Part shown: positions 41,242-51,607 of the stretch, piece by piece
Position numbering within the stretch: position 1 is the stretch's first letter
Layout of the letters: every line of letters begins with the position of its first letter
Source of the DNA: an uncultured Pseudomonadales bacterium
GTDB lineage: Bacteria; Patescibacteriota; Microgenomatia; UBA1400; PJMF01
NCBI GenBank assembly: GCA_964607285.1
Contig: CAZSJW010000004.1
Span: 7,063 to 71,062, forward strand
DNA: 64,000 nt
Direction of reading: 5' to 3'
The notes under the pieces: model-generated
The model's database searches: none
The model's input: only the letters and a program-made list of their open reading frames with translations
Told to the model about the DNA's origin: nothing
Translations under genes and position numbers: made by a program

Positions 41242-43015
41242 CCTCATTTACCTCTCAGAGTCATATACTAAACATACAACAGCAAAAATAGTGACAGTCG
41301 ATACCTCGGGAAACCAACCATTCATCATCCTCAACCAAACAGTTTTCTACGCCCAGGGCGGGGGACAACCAGCTGACAACGGAACCATCACCGGGAAAAA
41401 TGGTGTCATGGCTGTAACCCATGTGTCATACAACGGAGGAGAGCTGCAACACAAAGGCACAATCACTGGAACACTGGCAGCAGGAGACACTGTTGAACTA
41501 GAAATTGACTGGGAGCGCAGATATCGCCACATGCAACTACACACTGCAGGTCATATCTTAGATCAGGCAGTAAAAAATGCAGTGCCAAACTGTAAGGGTG
41601 TGGACGGCAATCATGGGTTGAGCAAAAAACCGTATGTTGAGTTTGACGCTGCTATTCAAGCATCGGACATCCCTGCAATTCAAGAGCAACTAGATGCAAT
41701 CAGAGTAGCTAATCTGCCTATCACTGCTGAGATGGTTACATATGACCAATTGGTGGCTCGTAATATTACGCTCCCTTTTGATTTGCCGAAGAACAAAGAA
41801 CTCCGCATTGTCCAAATTGGCGAGTATCCAACCATGCCTGACGGCGGTACTCAACTCAAGACTACTAGCGAATGCTTGCCTATTACAGCAACAGGCGTGG
41901 AAGCAGTACAAACAGAAACTGGCGACCGTTGGCGCGTCTACTACTCAGTTGGAGAGACAACTGCGGTGCAAGCCTCCAAACCACAATCCAGTGACAACAC
42001 AGTGCCTGAGGAATTTCAAACAGCCGTCCAAGCATTCATCACACAAAGCGCAACAGATACCACCCCCGCAGCAATTACCAAAGCTTTCAAGGCACTGACA
42101 ACGCAACTCAAATCAGTCCCCAAAGACCAAAAACCTGCCGCAGGCAAACTCCTAAACCAAGCCAAAGAAGCCATGGAAGCCCGCATCGCCGCCCTCGCCA
42201 GTAACCCAACAACCACCCAAACCTGGCAAGACCTAACCATGCCAGGCATCGCCCCAGCAATTGGCCACATCCACCCTGTCTCACAGGCCATGGAAGAAAT
42301 CACCCATATCTTCGAGCAAATCGGCTTCACCAGAGTTCGCTATCCAGAGGTAGATTGGGATTGGTATGTGTTCGAGAGTCTCAACATGCCACCCAGCCAC
42401 CCTGCTCGTGATGAGTGGGAGACGTTTTGGGTAGACTTGCCACCAAACAACGAAAAGGGGACAGTAGTTTTGACAACCCACACCTCCAATGGCCAAGTAC
42501 GGGAGATGGAGAGACTGAACAGCAAGCCGCCGATCCGCATGATCAACATCGCCCGCTGCTACCGCCGCCAGCAAGATGCCACACACACCCAAATGTTCCA
42601 CCAATTCGAGGGTTTGGTTGTGGACAAAGGCATCACCATTCAGCACCTCAAGGGAACGTTAGATTATTTCGCCAAAGAATTTTATGGTGAAGGTGTCAAA
42701 TCCCGTATCCGTCCGTTTCACTTTCAGTTTACTGAGCCGTCATTTGAGGTAGATTTCTCGTGTACCGTTTGCGATGGCACGGGCAAGGTTGGAACCGACA
42801 AATGTAAGTTCTGCAAATCGGGTTGGCACGAAGTCGGGGGCGCTGGCATGGTGCACCCTAATGTGCTCAAGGCTGGTGGCATAGACCCAGAGGAGTACAC
42901 TGGATTTGCTTTCGGATGGGGAATAGAGCGAACATACACGCTCAAACCAGGTTTGCATATCGATGACATTAGACAATTTTATAGCTCAGACCTCAGGTTC
43001 CTGCGCCAATTCTAA
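41231..43015 (+). CDS. pheS: Phenylalanine-tRNA ligase alpha subunit with an N-terminal AlaX-like (AlaRS editing-type, tRNA_SAD) domain
   Basis: C-terminal half has PheS class-II motifs (FTEPSFEVD, GWHEVGGAGMVHPNVL, GFAFGWGIERT); N-terminal ~250 aa has TVFYAQGGGQPADNGTI and HTAGHIL (HxxxH), as in AlaX/AlaRS editing domains. Confidence 0.8.
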   Translation: MKTNLIYLSESYTKHTTAKIVTVDTSGNQPFIILNQTVFYAQGGGQPADNGTITGKNGVMAVTHVSYNGGELQHKGTITGTLAAGDTVELEIDWERRYRHMQLHTAGHILDQAVKNAVPNCKGVDGNHGLSKKPYVEFDAAIQASDIPAIQEQLDAIRVANLPITAEMVTYDQLVARNITLPFDLPKNKELRIVQIGEYPTMPDGGTQLKTTSECLPITATGVEAVQTETGDRWRVYYSVGETTAVQASKPQSSDNTVPEEFQTAVQAFITQSATDTTPAAITKAFKALTTQLKSVPKDQKPAAGKLLNQAKEAMEARIAALASNPTTTQTWQDLTMPGIAPAIGHIHPVSQAMEEITHIFEQIGFTRVRYPEVDWDWYVFESLNMPPSHPARDEWETFWVDLPPNNEKGTVVLTTHTSNGQVREMERLNSKPPIRMINIARCYRRQQDATHTQMFHQFEGLVVDKGITIQHLKGTLDYFAKEFYGEGVKSRIRPFHFQFTEPSFEVDFSCTVCDGTGKVGTDKCKFCKSGWHEVGGAGMVHPNVLKAGGIDPEEYTGFAFGWGIERTYTLKPGLHIDDIRQFYSSDLRFLRQF

Positions 43016-43034
43016 ACTACACCGAAAGAAACTT

Positions 43035-45023
43035 ATGAACATCCTCATCCCACACTCTTGGCTCGCAGAACATCTGGAAACCGACGCCACCCCAGAAGAA
43101 CTCCAAGCCAACCTCTCCCTCTGCGGCCCATCCGTGGAGCGCATTTACGATCGCCAAGGCGAGCCTGTCTATGACATCGAAGTCACCACCAACCGTGTTG
43201 ACAGCATGTGCGTGCGTGGCGTTGCTCGTGAAGCAGGGGTTATCCTCAAGCAGTTTGGCAAACAAGCCAAGTTCTTGGAGAGAGCAGACCTCAGCCAAAA
43301 ACCACAACCAACTGGCGAGACGCTGCCTCTACCAAAAATCGTCAACAACCCCAAACTCTGCAAGCGGGTGTTGTGTGCAGTCCTAGATGGAGTAGAGCGA
43401 ACACCTACCCCCGCATGGATGGCCAAACGTCTCGAGCAAACAGACCAAAATGTCCACGACAGCGTCATTGACATCACCAACTACATTACGCACGAACTCG
43501 GACATCCTTGTCATGCGTTCGACTACGATGCAGTGATGGCATCTGGCGGCGTGATTATCGTCAAGGAAGCCGCACCTGACAAGAAGTTCAAAACCCTGGA
43601 CGGCCTAGAGTTCACCACCGTGGGTGGGGAAGTAGTGTTCGAGAATGAAGCAGGAGAAATTATTGATTTACCAGCCATAAAGGGCACAGCAAACACCTCG
43701 ATTTCTGACAAAACCAAGCGAGTGCTGCTCTGGATTGAGAACTTAGACGCCGAAAAAGTTCGGTTTGCCTCCATGACACATGCTATTCGCACGGTGGCGG
43801 CTCAGCTATCGGAGAAACATGTGGATCCAGCTTTGGGTGAAATCGTGTTATACCGTGGGATTCAACTCTATCAAGAACTTTGCAATGCCAGACTAGCCAG
43901 CCAAATATTTGACGAGTTCCCTGGCAAAGCTTCACCCACCACAGTTGAGCTTTCCCTTGAAAAGGTCAAACAGTACCTCGGACTAGAAATCCCATCCGAT
44001 CGCATCGAGGAAATCCTAAGAGACCTCGGTTGCCAAGTTCAGCTGAAAGGCAGACAACTTTCGGTCACACCGCCAACCTTTCGTCATGATTTAGCAATTC
44101 CTGCAGACATAATCGAGGAAATTGCTCGAGTCTACGGCTATCACATGCTACCAAGCACCTTGATGGATTCAAAAATCCCACTGGAGAAACCTCAGGGCTT
44201 TGATAGCTACCTCGAGTCTCGGCTGAAACGCTTCCTAGCAGCCATCGGCATGCAAGAAGTCTACACCTACTCGATGGTAAGTGAGGAAATTGCTCGGCAG
44301 TCAGGCTATGCTCTGAATGAGCAACTTAAACTTAAGAATCCGCTCACCGATGATCGGCTCTATTTGCGCCGGTCGCTTATTCCTTCCCTGGAGGAGGTGT
44401 TCACCAACAATCCGAATGATCAGCAGACCTCAATCTTCGAGTTTGCGAATGTGTATCATCCTCGCAAGGATGATCTGCCAGATGAGACAACACAGATTGG
44501 TATGCTGGGTACGGCAGGATATCGCTCATTGCGTGGGCAGGTGGAAGCATTGCTGGCACAGATGTTCTTGCTTGCAGTTGTCATCACTCCTCACGAGACT
44601 GCGCTACCTGACTTTTCGCAATCTGGCAACATCGTTACTACAGATGGCGTAGAGCTGGGTCACATAGGTGTTACTAAGCAGGGGAGAGCAGCTGCATCGT
44701 TGTCGCTGTCTGCTTTGACACAACATGCAAAGACGCACCCAACGTATGAACCACTGCCAAAAGCTGCTCCTGTTATTGAAGACTTGACCTTCACTTTGCC
44801 AGAAAAAACCCCAGTCGGAACAGTCTTGCAAACTATGCGCTCCGCCGATGCATTAGTGCATTCAGTTGATCTGGGCAGCGTGTACAATCAGAACTACAGT
44901 TTTCACATTGTCTATGCCGAACCAGAAGCCACACCAGCACCAGAAAAAATTGAAGCAATCAGAAAAATCTTGGTTACCCAAGTGGCTACAAAGCACCAAG
45001 GTACCTTGGTTGGCACAGTCTAG
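43035..45023 (+). CDS. pheT: Phenylalanine-tRNA ligase beta subunit (short form without the OB-fold tRNA-binding domain)
   Basis: B3/4 domain (YDIEVTTNRVDSMCVRGVARE..HPCHAFDYD), B5, and a C-terminal FDX-like domain; the N-terminal region jumps directly into B3/4. Confidence 0.8.
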   Translation: MNILIPHSWLAEHLETDATPEELQANLSLCGPSVERIYDRQGEPVYDIEVTTNRVDSMCVRGVAREAGVILKQFGKQAKFLERADLSQKPQPTGETLPLPKIVNNPKLCKRVLCAVLDGVERTPTPAWMAKRLEQTDQNVHDSVIDITNYITHELGHPCHAFDYDAVMASGGVIIVKEAAPDKKFKTLDGLEFTTVGGEVVFENEAGEIIDLPAIKGTANTSISDKTKRVLLWIENLDAEKVRFASMTHAIRTVAAQLSEKHVDPALGEIVLYRGIQLYQELCNARLASQIFDEFPGKASPTTVELSLEKVKQYLGLEIPSDRIEEILRDLGCQVQLKGRQLSVTPPTFRHDLAIPADIIEEIARVYGYHMLPSTLMDSKIPLEKPQGFDSYLESRLKRFLAAIGMQEVYTYSMVSEEIARQSGYALNEQLKLKNPLTDDRLYLRRSLIPSLEEVFTNNPNDQQTSIFEFANVYHPRKDDLPDETTQIGMLGTAGYRSLRGQVEALLAQMFLLAVVITPHETALPDFSQSGNIVTTDGVELGHIGVTKQGRAAASLSLSALTQHAKTHPTYEPLPKAAPVIEDLTFTLPEKTPVGTVLQTMRSADALVHSVDLGSVYNQNYSFHIVYAEPEATPAPEKIEAIRKILVTQVATKHQGTLVGTV

Positions 45024-45075
45024 GTCTGTACTTGGAAACCGCCATGTATCGTATAAGGTACTGCTAGCGGCTATA

Positions 45076-46269
45076 GTGTTTCTTGCTCCTTCCAACTTGT
45101 TCTACAAGTTCTGGGAAACTGGATCATACATCCACGGCTTGCAAATTGACTACCTCATTGGCAAGGTATACCTAAGTCAAATTCCTTTGTTGCTGCTGCT
45201 CATTTTGTGGTTGAGCGAAAAAATCACCTGGAGCAAGCTAAAAAAATACTGGCAAAGTTCCTATACCAAATATTTTATCATTTTGTTTCTGATACTCGGG
45301 TTTCGACAGCTCTTTACTCCTGAACCAATTGTCAGCCTTTGGCAGTGGTTCTCCCTTGGAACAGTAGGTCTATTTGGTTTGTATGTACATGAAAGATATA
45401 AAACACTAGGCAAGTCTGTAATTCCCTGGGCACTGGCTGCCACCATCGTGTTTCAATCTATTGTTGGACTTGTCCAGTACACCGTGCAACATGAACTAAT
45501 CGGCTACCAATTTTTGGGCGAACCAACATTGTCAAGATCTATTGGAATAACTACTGCAACTGTAGCGGGGGCAGAGCGCATCTTGCCGTACGGCACCACT
45601 GCACATCCCAATGTGTTAGCAGGCTTTTTAGCCATCTACTCACTGTTGCTACTCCGTACTAGTCACTCAAAACTGCACACCCTCCCAATTATCCTGCTTG
45701 GAACAATCACTGTTTTCATCACAACTTCTGTAAGTGGAGTACTCACCCTATGTTTTGGGCTCCTGCTGACTATGCTACCAAACAAAATACTACCTGGTTC
45801 ACTATCTCAAAAGGTGCTACTTGTACTGCTTCTAGTGGCTGTCCCCATACTAATTGCAAGTGTGGCCACAACAGCACCTAAAAATCTCTCAGTCGTCCGC
45901 CGTGCGTATCTACAACAATCTGGGCTGCGTATCTTTGCCCAATACCCAATCTTTGGAACGGGTATACAGACAGTGACCAGATACATTGAGTCTTACTCAC
46001 CTTCACCAGAGGTAGTAAGATTTACTCAACCACCACATCATGTAGGAGTTTCACTTCTGGCTGAGACGGGCATATTTGGTTTGGGTATACTGGTAGTTCT
46101 ACTTCACAGCTACAAGCACTCTGCAAAACTACTTGCAGCAGCACCAATTTTAGTTCTTGATCACTATATATGGACTATATTGCCTGGAACGTTCTTGATT
46201 TTTTTATTCATGGCAGTAGTCTCCAATGAACAAAAAAACCTCGCAGAGTCAGAAAAACTAACTACTTAG
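45076..46269 (+). CDS. O-antigen ligase-like (Wzy_C domain) polytopic membrane protein; start uncertain (GTG at 45076 or upstream non-ATG)
   Basis: Wzy_C-like loop YPIFGTGIQ...HHVGVSLLAETGIFGLG with about 10 TM helices; the maximal ORF (from 44866) overlaps pheT. Confidence 0.5.
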   Translation: MFLAPSNLFYKFWETGSYIHGLQIDYLIGKVYLSQIPLLLLLILWLSEKITWSKLKKYWQSSYTKYFIILFLILGFRQLFTPEPIVSLWQWFSLGTVGLFGLYVHERYKTLGKSVIPWALAATIVFQSIVGLVQYTVQHELIGYQFLGEPTLSRSIGITTATVAGAERILPYGTTAHPNVLAGFLAIYSLLLLRTSHSKLHTLPIILLGTITVFITTSVSGVLTLCFGLLLTMLPNKILPGSLSQKVLLVLLLVAVPILIASVATTAPKNLSVVRRAYLQQSGLRIFAQYPIFGTGIQTVTRYIESYSPSPEVVRFTQPPHHVGVSLLAETGIFGLGILVVLLHSYKHSAKLLAAAPILVLDHYIWTILPGTFLIFLFMAVVSNEQKNLAESEKLTT

Positions 46270-48025
46270 TTTGATCTGGGGGAGCAATACTAACCCGCAC
46301 TCCTGGGAACTGTGCTCTCAAGTTATTTAGAATTACTTCTCCCTCTGTTGGGGTAATCACAGACTCACCTCGGGCAACAATTTGATCTAAGCTATCATTG
46401 CCTCGTATATACGCTAGTAATCTATGCAACAATCCCTTCCTGGGAGGTGTATTCAGTTCATCCAAAGGTATAACCTCAAGTAAATCTACGGTTTTCACAC
46501 TAGCAATCTGCTCTACAGGAAACTGGACTGATGCGGGTAAATGCAGGTTTACTTTTCCTTCCCAAGAAAGCCTGGCATATCCGTCATCACGTTCGGTGAT
46601 TGCGGTGGCTTTTACAATTTTTTGCTCTGGGTTTGCTGACTGCATAAACACCGCTAGCTCTGACGAGCTTAGCTTGCTCCTTTTTTGGAAGTCACTCATC
46701 ACTGGTCCTAACTCCTCTAGAAGTTGATCAATGCTATAAGGATTTGCCTTGCTGAAACTCTCCAACCAAGCAGGAAATAACAGCTCCAGTGCTTCAATTT
46801 CACTCGCTGCTGGTTCAATTATTTCAAGTATCTCCTGTAGTTCTGACTGCATCCAGTAGGGAAGGGAGTATCTCTCAGTGATCAGCTGTTTTTTTTCAAC
46901 AAGACTTACTGACTCTTGCTGAGCGTCATTGCGCAAATACCAATACCCAGAATGAGACAAAAGTTCGCTAATGACACTATTGTTTTCTGCACCGACAGAA
47001 TTAAATGGAATATGTGCACTGAGCTGCAATGTCTCCATCACGCAAGCAAAAAGGTACAACCTAGCTCTATCTTTATTCATCTCTCCAAGTGGTATACGTA
47101 GTTTGTTCTTGTCCAGCATAAGCATATACAACCCTTTTACTTGCTCATGTAGCTGAAGAATAGGACTTTTTTTGCTTCTTCTCAATCCAGCTGGATTATC
47201 TGAATCAACTGAGTTTGGTACATCGGGCTTAAAAGCATTCGGCAGGCGCAGTGCAAATAGGTACCGAAGAAAAGTGTCTTCTGCTGTACGTTCTGGAAAA
47301 ACTGGATGTTCCTGAGTATATTTTTGTGAATACGCTGGCAACGAATTGAAAAAAGCGTTCCAGTTAAGTTTGAGTACTTTGAACTGCTCTAATGACTGAT
47401 TAGCAAAGTAACCCCCAAATTCTGTGCCACCAATTCCCAGCGTCTGGACTGCGACAAGCGCACGGTCCGATGCACTATACATGACTGGAAAGGCAACTTT
47501 TTCACCCAAAGCCACTGAGGCTACTGCAATACACTCATGGAATTTTCGACTCAATTGCTCAAAGCTGGGTCTGAGTGGGTCAGTTACTTCATTAGCTCTC
47601 TCTGCTAGTATGAACTCTGCCATTTTTCTAAGTTCAGACACAGAAACAACCTCGCTTTCGGCATTTTCTTGGTGCGCTGCCTCTAAACCCTTATGTATTA
47701 CGTTGGCCAACTGCGCTACAGGCAAAGAATGCAGTGAAAGTGTCAGACGTTTAGTCAGCACAGCAAAACCCAGTCGAGGCTTCCACCTGGTAGCTTCTGA
47801 CTCCATTTCGACTCTAGGTCTGAGTGCAACTTCAGCAGTTGTTCCATGCAGAAGTTGCTGAAGTCCTGTACTATCTTCTGGCGACTGCAACTCTAAAAGA
47901 GGATCTATGACACCAAGAATGGTTGCCAGTCGTAATCGAGCAGCAATCTCACTTTCTGTCTCTGTGCGAATTATGTAATCGAAAGTCTGTTCGTATGCAT
48001 CAAGTTCTTTCACCATACCTACCAA
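46262..48025 (-). CDS. Large hypothetical cytoplasmic protein (587 aa)
   Basis: Long clean ORF; no recognisable domain. Confidence 0.45.
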   Translation of the reverse strand: MVGMVKELDAYEQTFDYIIRTETESEIAARLRLATILGVIDPLLELQSPEDSTGLQQLLHGTTAEVALRPRVEMESEATRWKPRLGFAVLTKRLTLSLHSLPVAQLANVIHKGLEAAHQENAESEVVSVSELRKMAEFILAERANEVTDPLRPSFEQLSRKFHECIAVASVALGEKVAFPVMYSASDRALVAVQTLGIGGTEFGGYFANQSLEQFKVLKLNWNAFFNSLPAYSQKYTQEHPVFPERTAEDTFLRYLFALRLPNAFKPDVPNSVDSDNPAGLRRSKKSPILQLHEQVKGLYMLMLDKNKLRIPLGEMNKDRARLYLFACVMETLQLSAHIPFNSVGAENNSVISELLSHSGYWYLRNDAQQESVSLVEKKQLITERYSLPYWMQSELQEILEIIEPAASEIEALELLFPAWLESFSKANPYSIDQLLEELGPVMSDFQKRSKLSSSELAVFMQSANPEQKIVKATAITERDDGYARLSWEGKVNLHLPASVQFPVEQIASVKTVDLLEVIPLDELNTPPRKGLLHRLLAYIRGNDSLDQIVARGESVITPTEGEVILNNLRAQFPGVRVSIAPPDQTK

Positions 48026-48257
48026 GTATACTTCAGAAAGGTCAATACAACTATCTGAGAGTATGTGTATACTGAGTACATGCTACGACTTATCCAATTA
48101 CTCCTGGTACTGAGCTTCATTGCACTTGCAGGATACTATCTCATCAATGCATTTGGCGTGCAGCTATAAATATTCAGTTTAGGTACTTTCCCACTTGCGA
48201 ACAACATTCTTGCGTTGTACAGTACATCACTCGTTTAAAAATACATATTAAATACGT

Positions 48258-48788
48258 ATGAATAAAGATAGAGAACCCAAAACTGGATCAACGATACTTC
48301 GCCTGTTACTCTCCTGTACCACACTAGCATCTGTGTTTCTGGCAGGATGCAGAGGTGATCAAGAAAGAAATGTTTCACTCAAAGCACTGGAAGTATTCTG
48401 CAAGGATCCCCAGAATAGTGAAGTTTGTACCTTTGAAACCTACGGGAGTGTGGGACTACAGGCCTGGCCTCATGCCGCTATTGTGTTATTTACATCAGAT
48501 CTCACAGTAAATGAATCTCATATATACCTGCCAAATGCAGGGGGTGATTGTGGATTTACAGACACGTACGATCCAAGTAATTACTTGATTAATACAAATG
48601 GTGGTCTATATTATCGTGCTGTGCACGATACTAATGGAGATGGTATAGCTGACCCGGCTCTCACGACCATTTCAGAAAATGATTTAACACCTATACCAAG
48701 TCCTATACCTCCAAGACCTGGACACAAAGGAACAGATATCTCAGTGCATTTCCTCTGTGCAGAAAACTTAACTACAATTGATCAATAA
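48258..48788 (+). CDS. Putative lipoprotein
   Basis: Signal peptide with lipobox LAGC. Confidence 0.5.
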   Translation: MNKDREPKTGSTILRLLLSCTTLASVFLAGCRGDQERNVSLKALEVFCKDPQNSEVCTFETYGSVGLQAWPHAAIVLFTSDLTVNESHIYLPNAGGDCGFTDTYDPSNYLINTNGGLYYRAVHDTNGDGIADPALTTISENDLTPIPSPIPPRPGHKGTDISVHFLCAENLTTIDQ

Positions 48789-48823
48789 TTCTTTTCTGCG
48801 AGAATGGATTCTGAAATAATGCC

Positions 48824-51607
48824 TCAGGGCAAATCAATAATTGGAGTGGCTTCAGGGGTTGGAGTTGGAGTAGGTGCTATGCTGGGTGTAGGACTCGGAT
48901 CTGGCTGATTCCACTCCACACCACCAGTACCAATGCGCACCGAACCACTCTCCTTTGATTTTCCTGATCTGGAGTAAGCTTTTGCTTTAAGTTCATACCG
49001 ACCCGCAGGTAAGTTTAAGGTGCCAGAATACTCACGATTATTGATTGTTTCTCGTAAACTACCGTTGACAAACAGTTCTATCTTCTCGATACCATCGCCA
49101 GCATCAGCTACTACCTTAACTTCAATATTTGTACCACCGTGGTTGCTCTCATTGCCTGGTTTATCAACTTTTACAAACACTTCATTTTGCTCACCACAAT
49201 ACTCTGTAGGAATTTTGAAACGACCGTCTTCCTGACCACCAATCCAGGCATCAATTGCCTCTTGCCAGCGATTTTTATCATCCTGACTGACAGGGTCGTT
49301 TTCGCGAATCACAACGAACTCTCTCTCATCAAAGTCTCCTGCTGCAATGCGAGCATCATTTGCTAGCTTGTTCTCACCACGACATAGTTTGAGCTTGACA
49401 TGAATTGGATCGGGTGGAGCAGGGACAGTGCCTTTCAACACATACGTCTCAACTGAAGGAAAATCATCATGGGCACCATACCCAGAGATAGTGTCCAGTG
49501 CTATGCTCTCCACTTCACTTGGAGGTTCCCACGCAGGGGTTTTATATCCTGCTTCTTGTGCAGCCAGCAGGATACGTCTCCAAATTGGTGTAGCTCCAGA
49601 AACGCCTGATGCTACTTGTTTCATCGCACTATTATCATTATTTCCTACCCAAGCGGCTACCAACACCTCCTGACCCCAACCAACTGCCCAGTTGTCACGC
49701 TGATCGTTAGTGGTTCCAGTTTTGACAGATACACCTGCACCCATGTTGAGCAGTGAGTTTGCTCCAAATGCCATGAGCCGAGCATTGTTGTCCGAAAGAA
49801 TGTGATTGATCAAAAAGGCTTCACCTTCGGTCATCACTTGTTTGCCTTGGACAGGTCTGTGTTCAAAAATTGTCTTACCGTCTTTGTCCTGCACTTTGAG
49901 GATAGAAACTGGTTCAACTTTGACACCACCATTAGCAAAAGAGGAGTACGCAGTGGCAGTATCCAGCATGTGTACTTCAGCACCACCGAGCGTCACAGCA
50001 AGCCCAAATCTACGCATATTTTCCGCAGTTGGTTCAAACGTGACAAAACCCATGTCATACGCTGTTTGTAGAAACTCATCCACACCAACCATTGCCAAAG
50101 CTTTGACGGCTGGAATATTTAAAGAACTACCGAGCGAGTTGCGCACAGAAACGGGCCCTCGGAACTTGCCATCGTAGTTTTTTGGTTCGTATGGCTTATC
50201 AACATCATGCCCAGTTGCAAAAGTAGTAAGAACATCCATTATCATGCTCTGCGGGGTATACCCTTTGCGCATGAGTGCTAAATAGGTGACGGGCTTGATC
50301 GATGATCCTGGCTGGCGAAGTCCATCCACGACCACATTGAACTGGCCTGAACCAGACGCATCAAAAAAGTCACGACTTCCCACCATACTTAACAACTCAC
50401 CAGTGCGAGGATCTACCACAACTGCTGCTCCATTGGTAATGTTTAGGTTTAAGACTTTGTTTACTTCTTCACTGACGATTTCTTGTGCTTTTAGATGAAG
50501 GTCTAGATCAAGAGAGGTTGTGACACTAAATCCACCTGTCTCTAAAACATCCTCTCCGTACATTTCAGCCAACTGATCACGGATGTAAAACACAAAGTGA
50601 GGGGCTTTCATGTCATTGGCTGCACGCTGAAACTGCATAGTTTCCAACTCTGACATTGCTTGATCAAATGACAACTGGGTCAAATAACCATCTTCACGCA
50701 TGCGAATCAAGACACCTTTTGCACGCACTTTCCAAAGCGGCGTACCGTCATCATCTGTGCCACCTGTATAGGGTGAGTATGCAGATGGCCGCTGTGGCAA
50801 TCCAGCTAAAATTGCTGACTCAGCAACAGTTAAATCCTTGAGTGGTTTATTAAAATAAATTTCTGTGGCAGTACCAACACCCCAAGCTGTCCCGCCATAC
50901 GGAGCTTCATTCAGATACATTTCTAGAATCTGGTCTTTGGTAAACGTGCGTTCGATCTGGAGTGCTAAAACAAACTCTTTAAACTTGCGTGTCAGACTGC
51001 GTTCATTAGTCAGCAAAGCGTTTTTAACTAACTGCTGAGTGAGAGTAGAGCCACCAACTACCCGCTGCCTAAACACTATGTTGTAGGGAATACGAAGAAC
51101 TGTCAGGTAATCAAAACCTTGGTGGTTATAGAACTCTTTATCCTCGATAGCCACCACTGCATCTTTGAGGTGCTGAGGAGCTTGATCTATGGTGATAGGA
51201 TTTCTGCGTTCATCCCCATACAAATCATTGAGCAACTTACCATTCCTATCATAAATTTTGGTACTGAAGCCTGTCCTGCGAACCACTTCTCCAGGTTTTG
51301 GTAAATCACGGGAAAACCAGGCAAACAAGACAAAGAAGCCAACCACACCCGCCAAAATACAACCAAGTGCACCTAAGGCCGCCAAGCGGATTAGCTTTAT
51401 TATTCTCAGTCGCCGCTGCGCTTCAGATACTGTGCTGCCAGCTAACCGAGAGCGAGCTTGTTTTTGGAGTTTACGTTTGAAGATCATAATTGGCTCAACC
51501 ACCCGCTGTACTCTGGGGTGAGACTCAAGAAATAGCTCAGTGCGAGCAATCAAGGACAGGATGTGTGGCTCAAGAGCAGCCCAAGCACGAGCTAGTTTGT
51601 CTCGCAT
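48824..51607 (-). CDS. mrcA: Class A penicillin-binding protein (transglycosylase + transpeptidase) with a C-terminal beta-rich domain and a Pro/Thr-rich tail
   Basis: GT51 motifs (RIPYNIVFRQRVVGGSTLTQQL) and transpeptidase SSIKP (SxxK), SLN (SxN) and KTGTT. Confidence 0.85.
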   Translation of the reverse strand: MRDKLARAWAALEPHILSLIARTELFLESHPRVQRVVEPIMIFKRKLQKQARSRLAGSTVSEAQRRLRIIKLIRLAALGALGCILAGVVGFFVLFAWFSRDLPKPGEVVRRTGFSTKIYDRNGKLLNDLYGDERRNPITIDQAPQHLKDAVVAIEDKEFYNHQGFDYLTVLRIPYNIVFRQRVVGGSTLTQQLVKNALLTNERSLTRKFKEFVLALQIERTFTKDQILEMYLNEAPYGGTAWGVGTATEIYFNKPLKDLTVAESAILAGLPQRPSAYSPYTGGTDDDGTPLWKVRAKGVLIRMREDGYLTQLSFDQAMSELETMQFQRAANDMKAPHFVFYIRDQLAEMYGEDVLETGGFSVTTSLDLDLHLKAQEIVSEEVNKVLNLNITNGAAVVVDPRTGELLSMVGSRDFFDASGSGQFNVVVDGLRQPGSSIKPVTYLALMRKGYTPQSMIMDVLTTFATGHDVDKPYEPKNYDGKFRGPVSVRNSLGSSLNIPAVKALAMVGVDEFLQTAYDMGFVTFEPTAENMRRFGLAVTLGGAEVHMLDTATAYSSFANGGVKVEPVSILKVQDKDGKTIFEHRPVQGKQVMTEGEAFLINHILSDNNARLMAFGANSLLNMGAGVSVKTGTTNDQRDNWAVGWGQEVLVAAWVGNNDNSAMKQVASGVSGATPIWRRILLAAQEAGYKTPAWEPPSEVESIALDTISGYGAHDDFPSVETYVLKGTVPAPPDPIHVKLKLCRGENKLANDARIAAGDFDEREFVVIRENDPVSQDDKNRWQEAIDAWIGGQEDGRFKIPTEYCGEQNEVFVKVDKPGNESNHGGTNIEVKVVADAGDGIEKIELFVNGSLRETINNREYSGTLNLPAGRYELKAKAYSRSGKSKESGSVRIGTGGVEWNQPDPSPTPSIAPTPTPTPEATPIIDLP

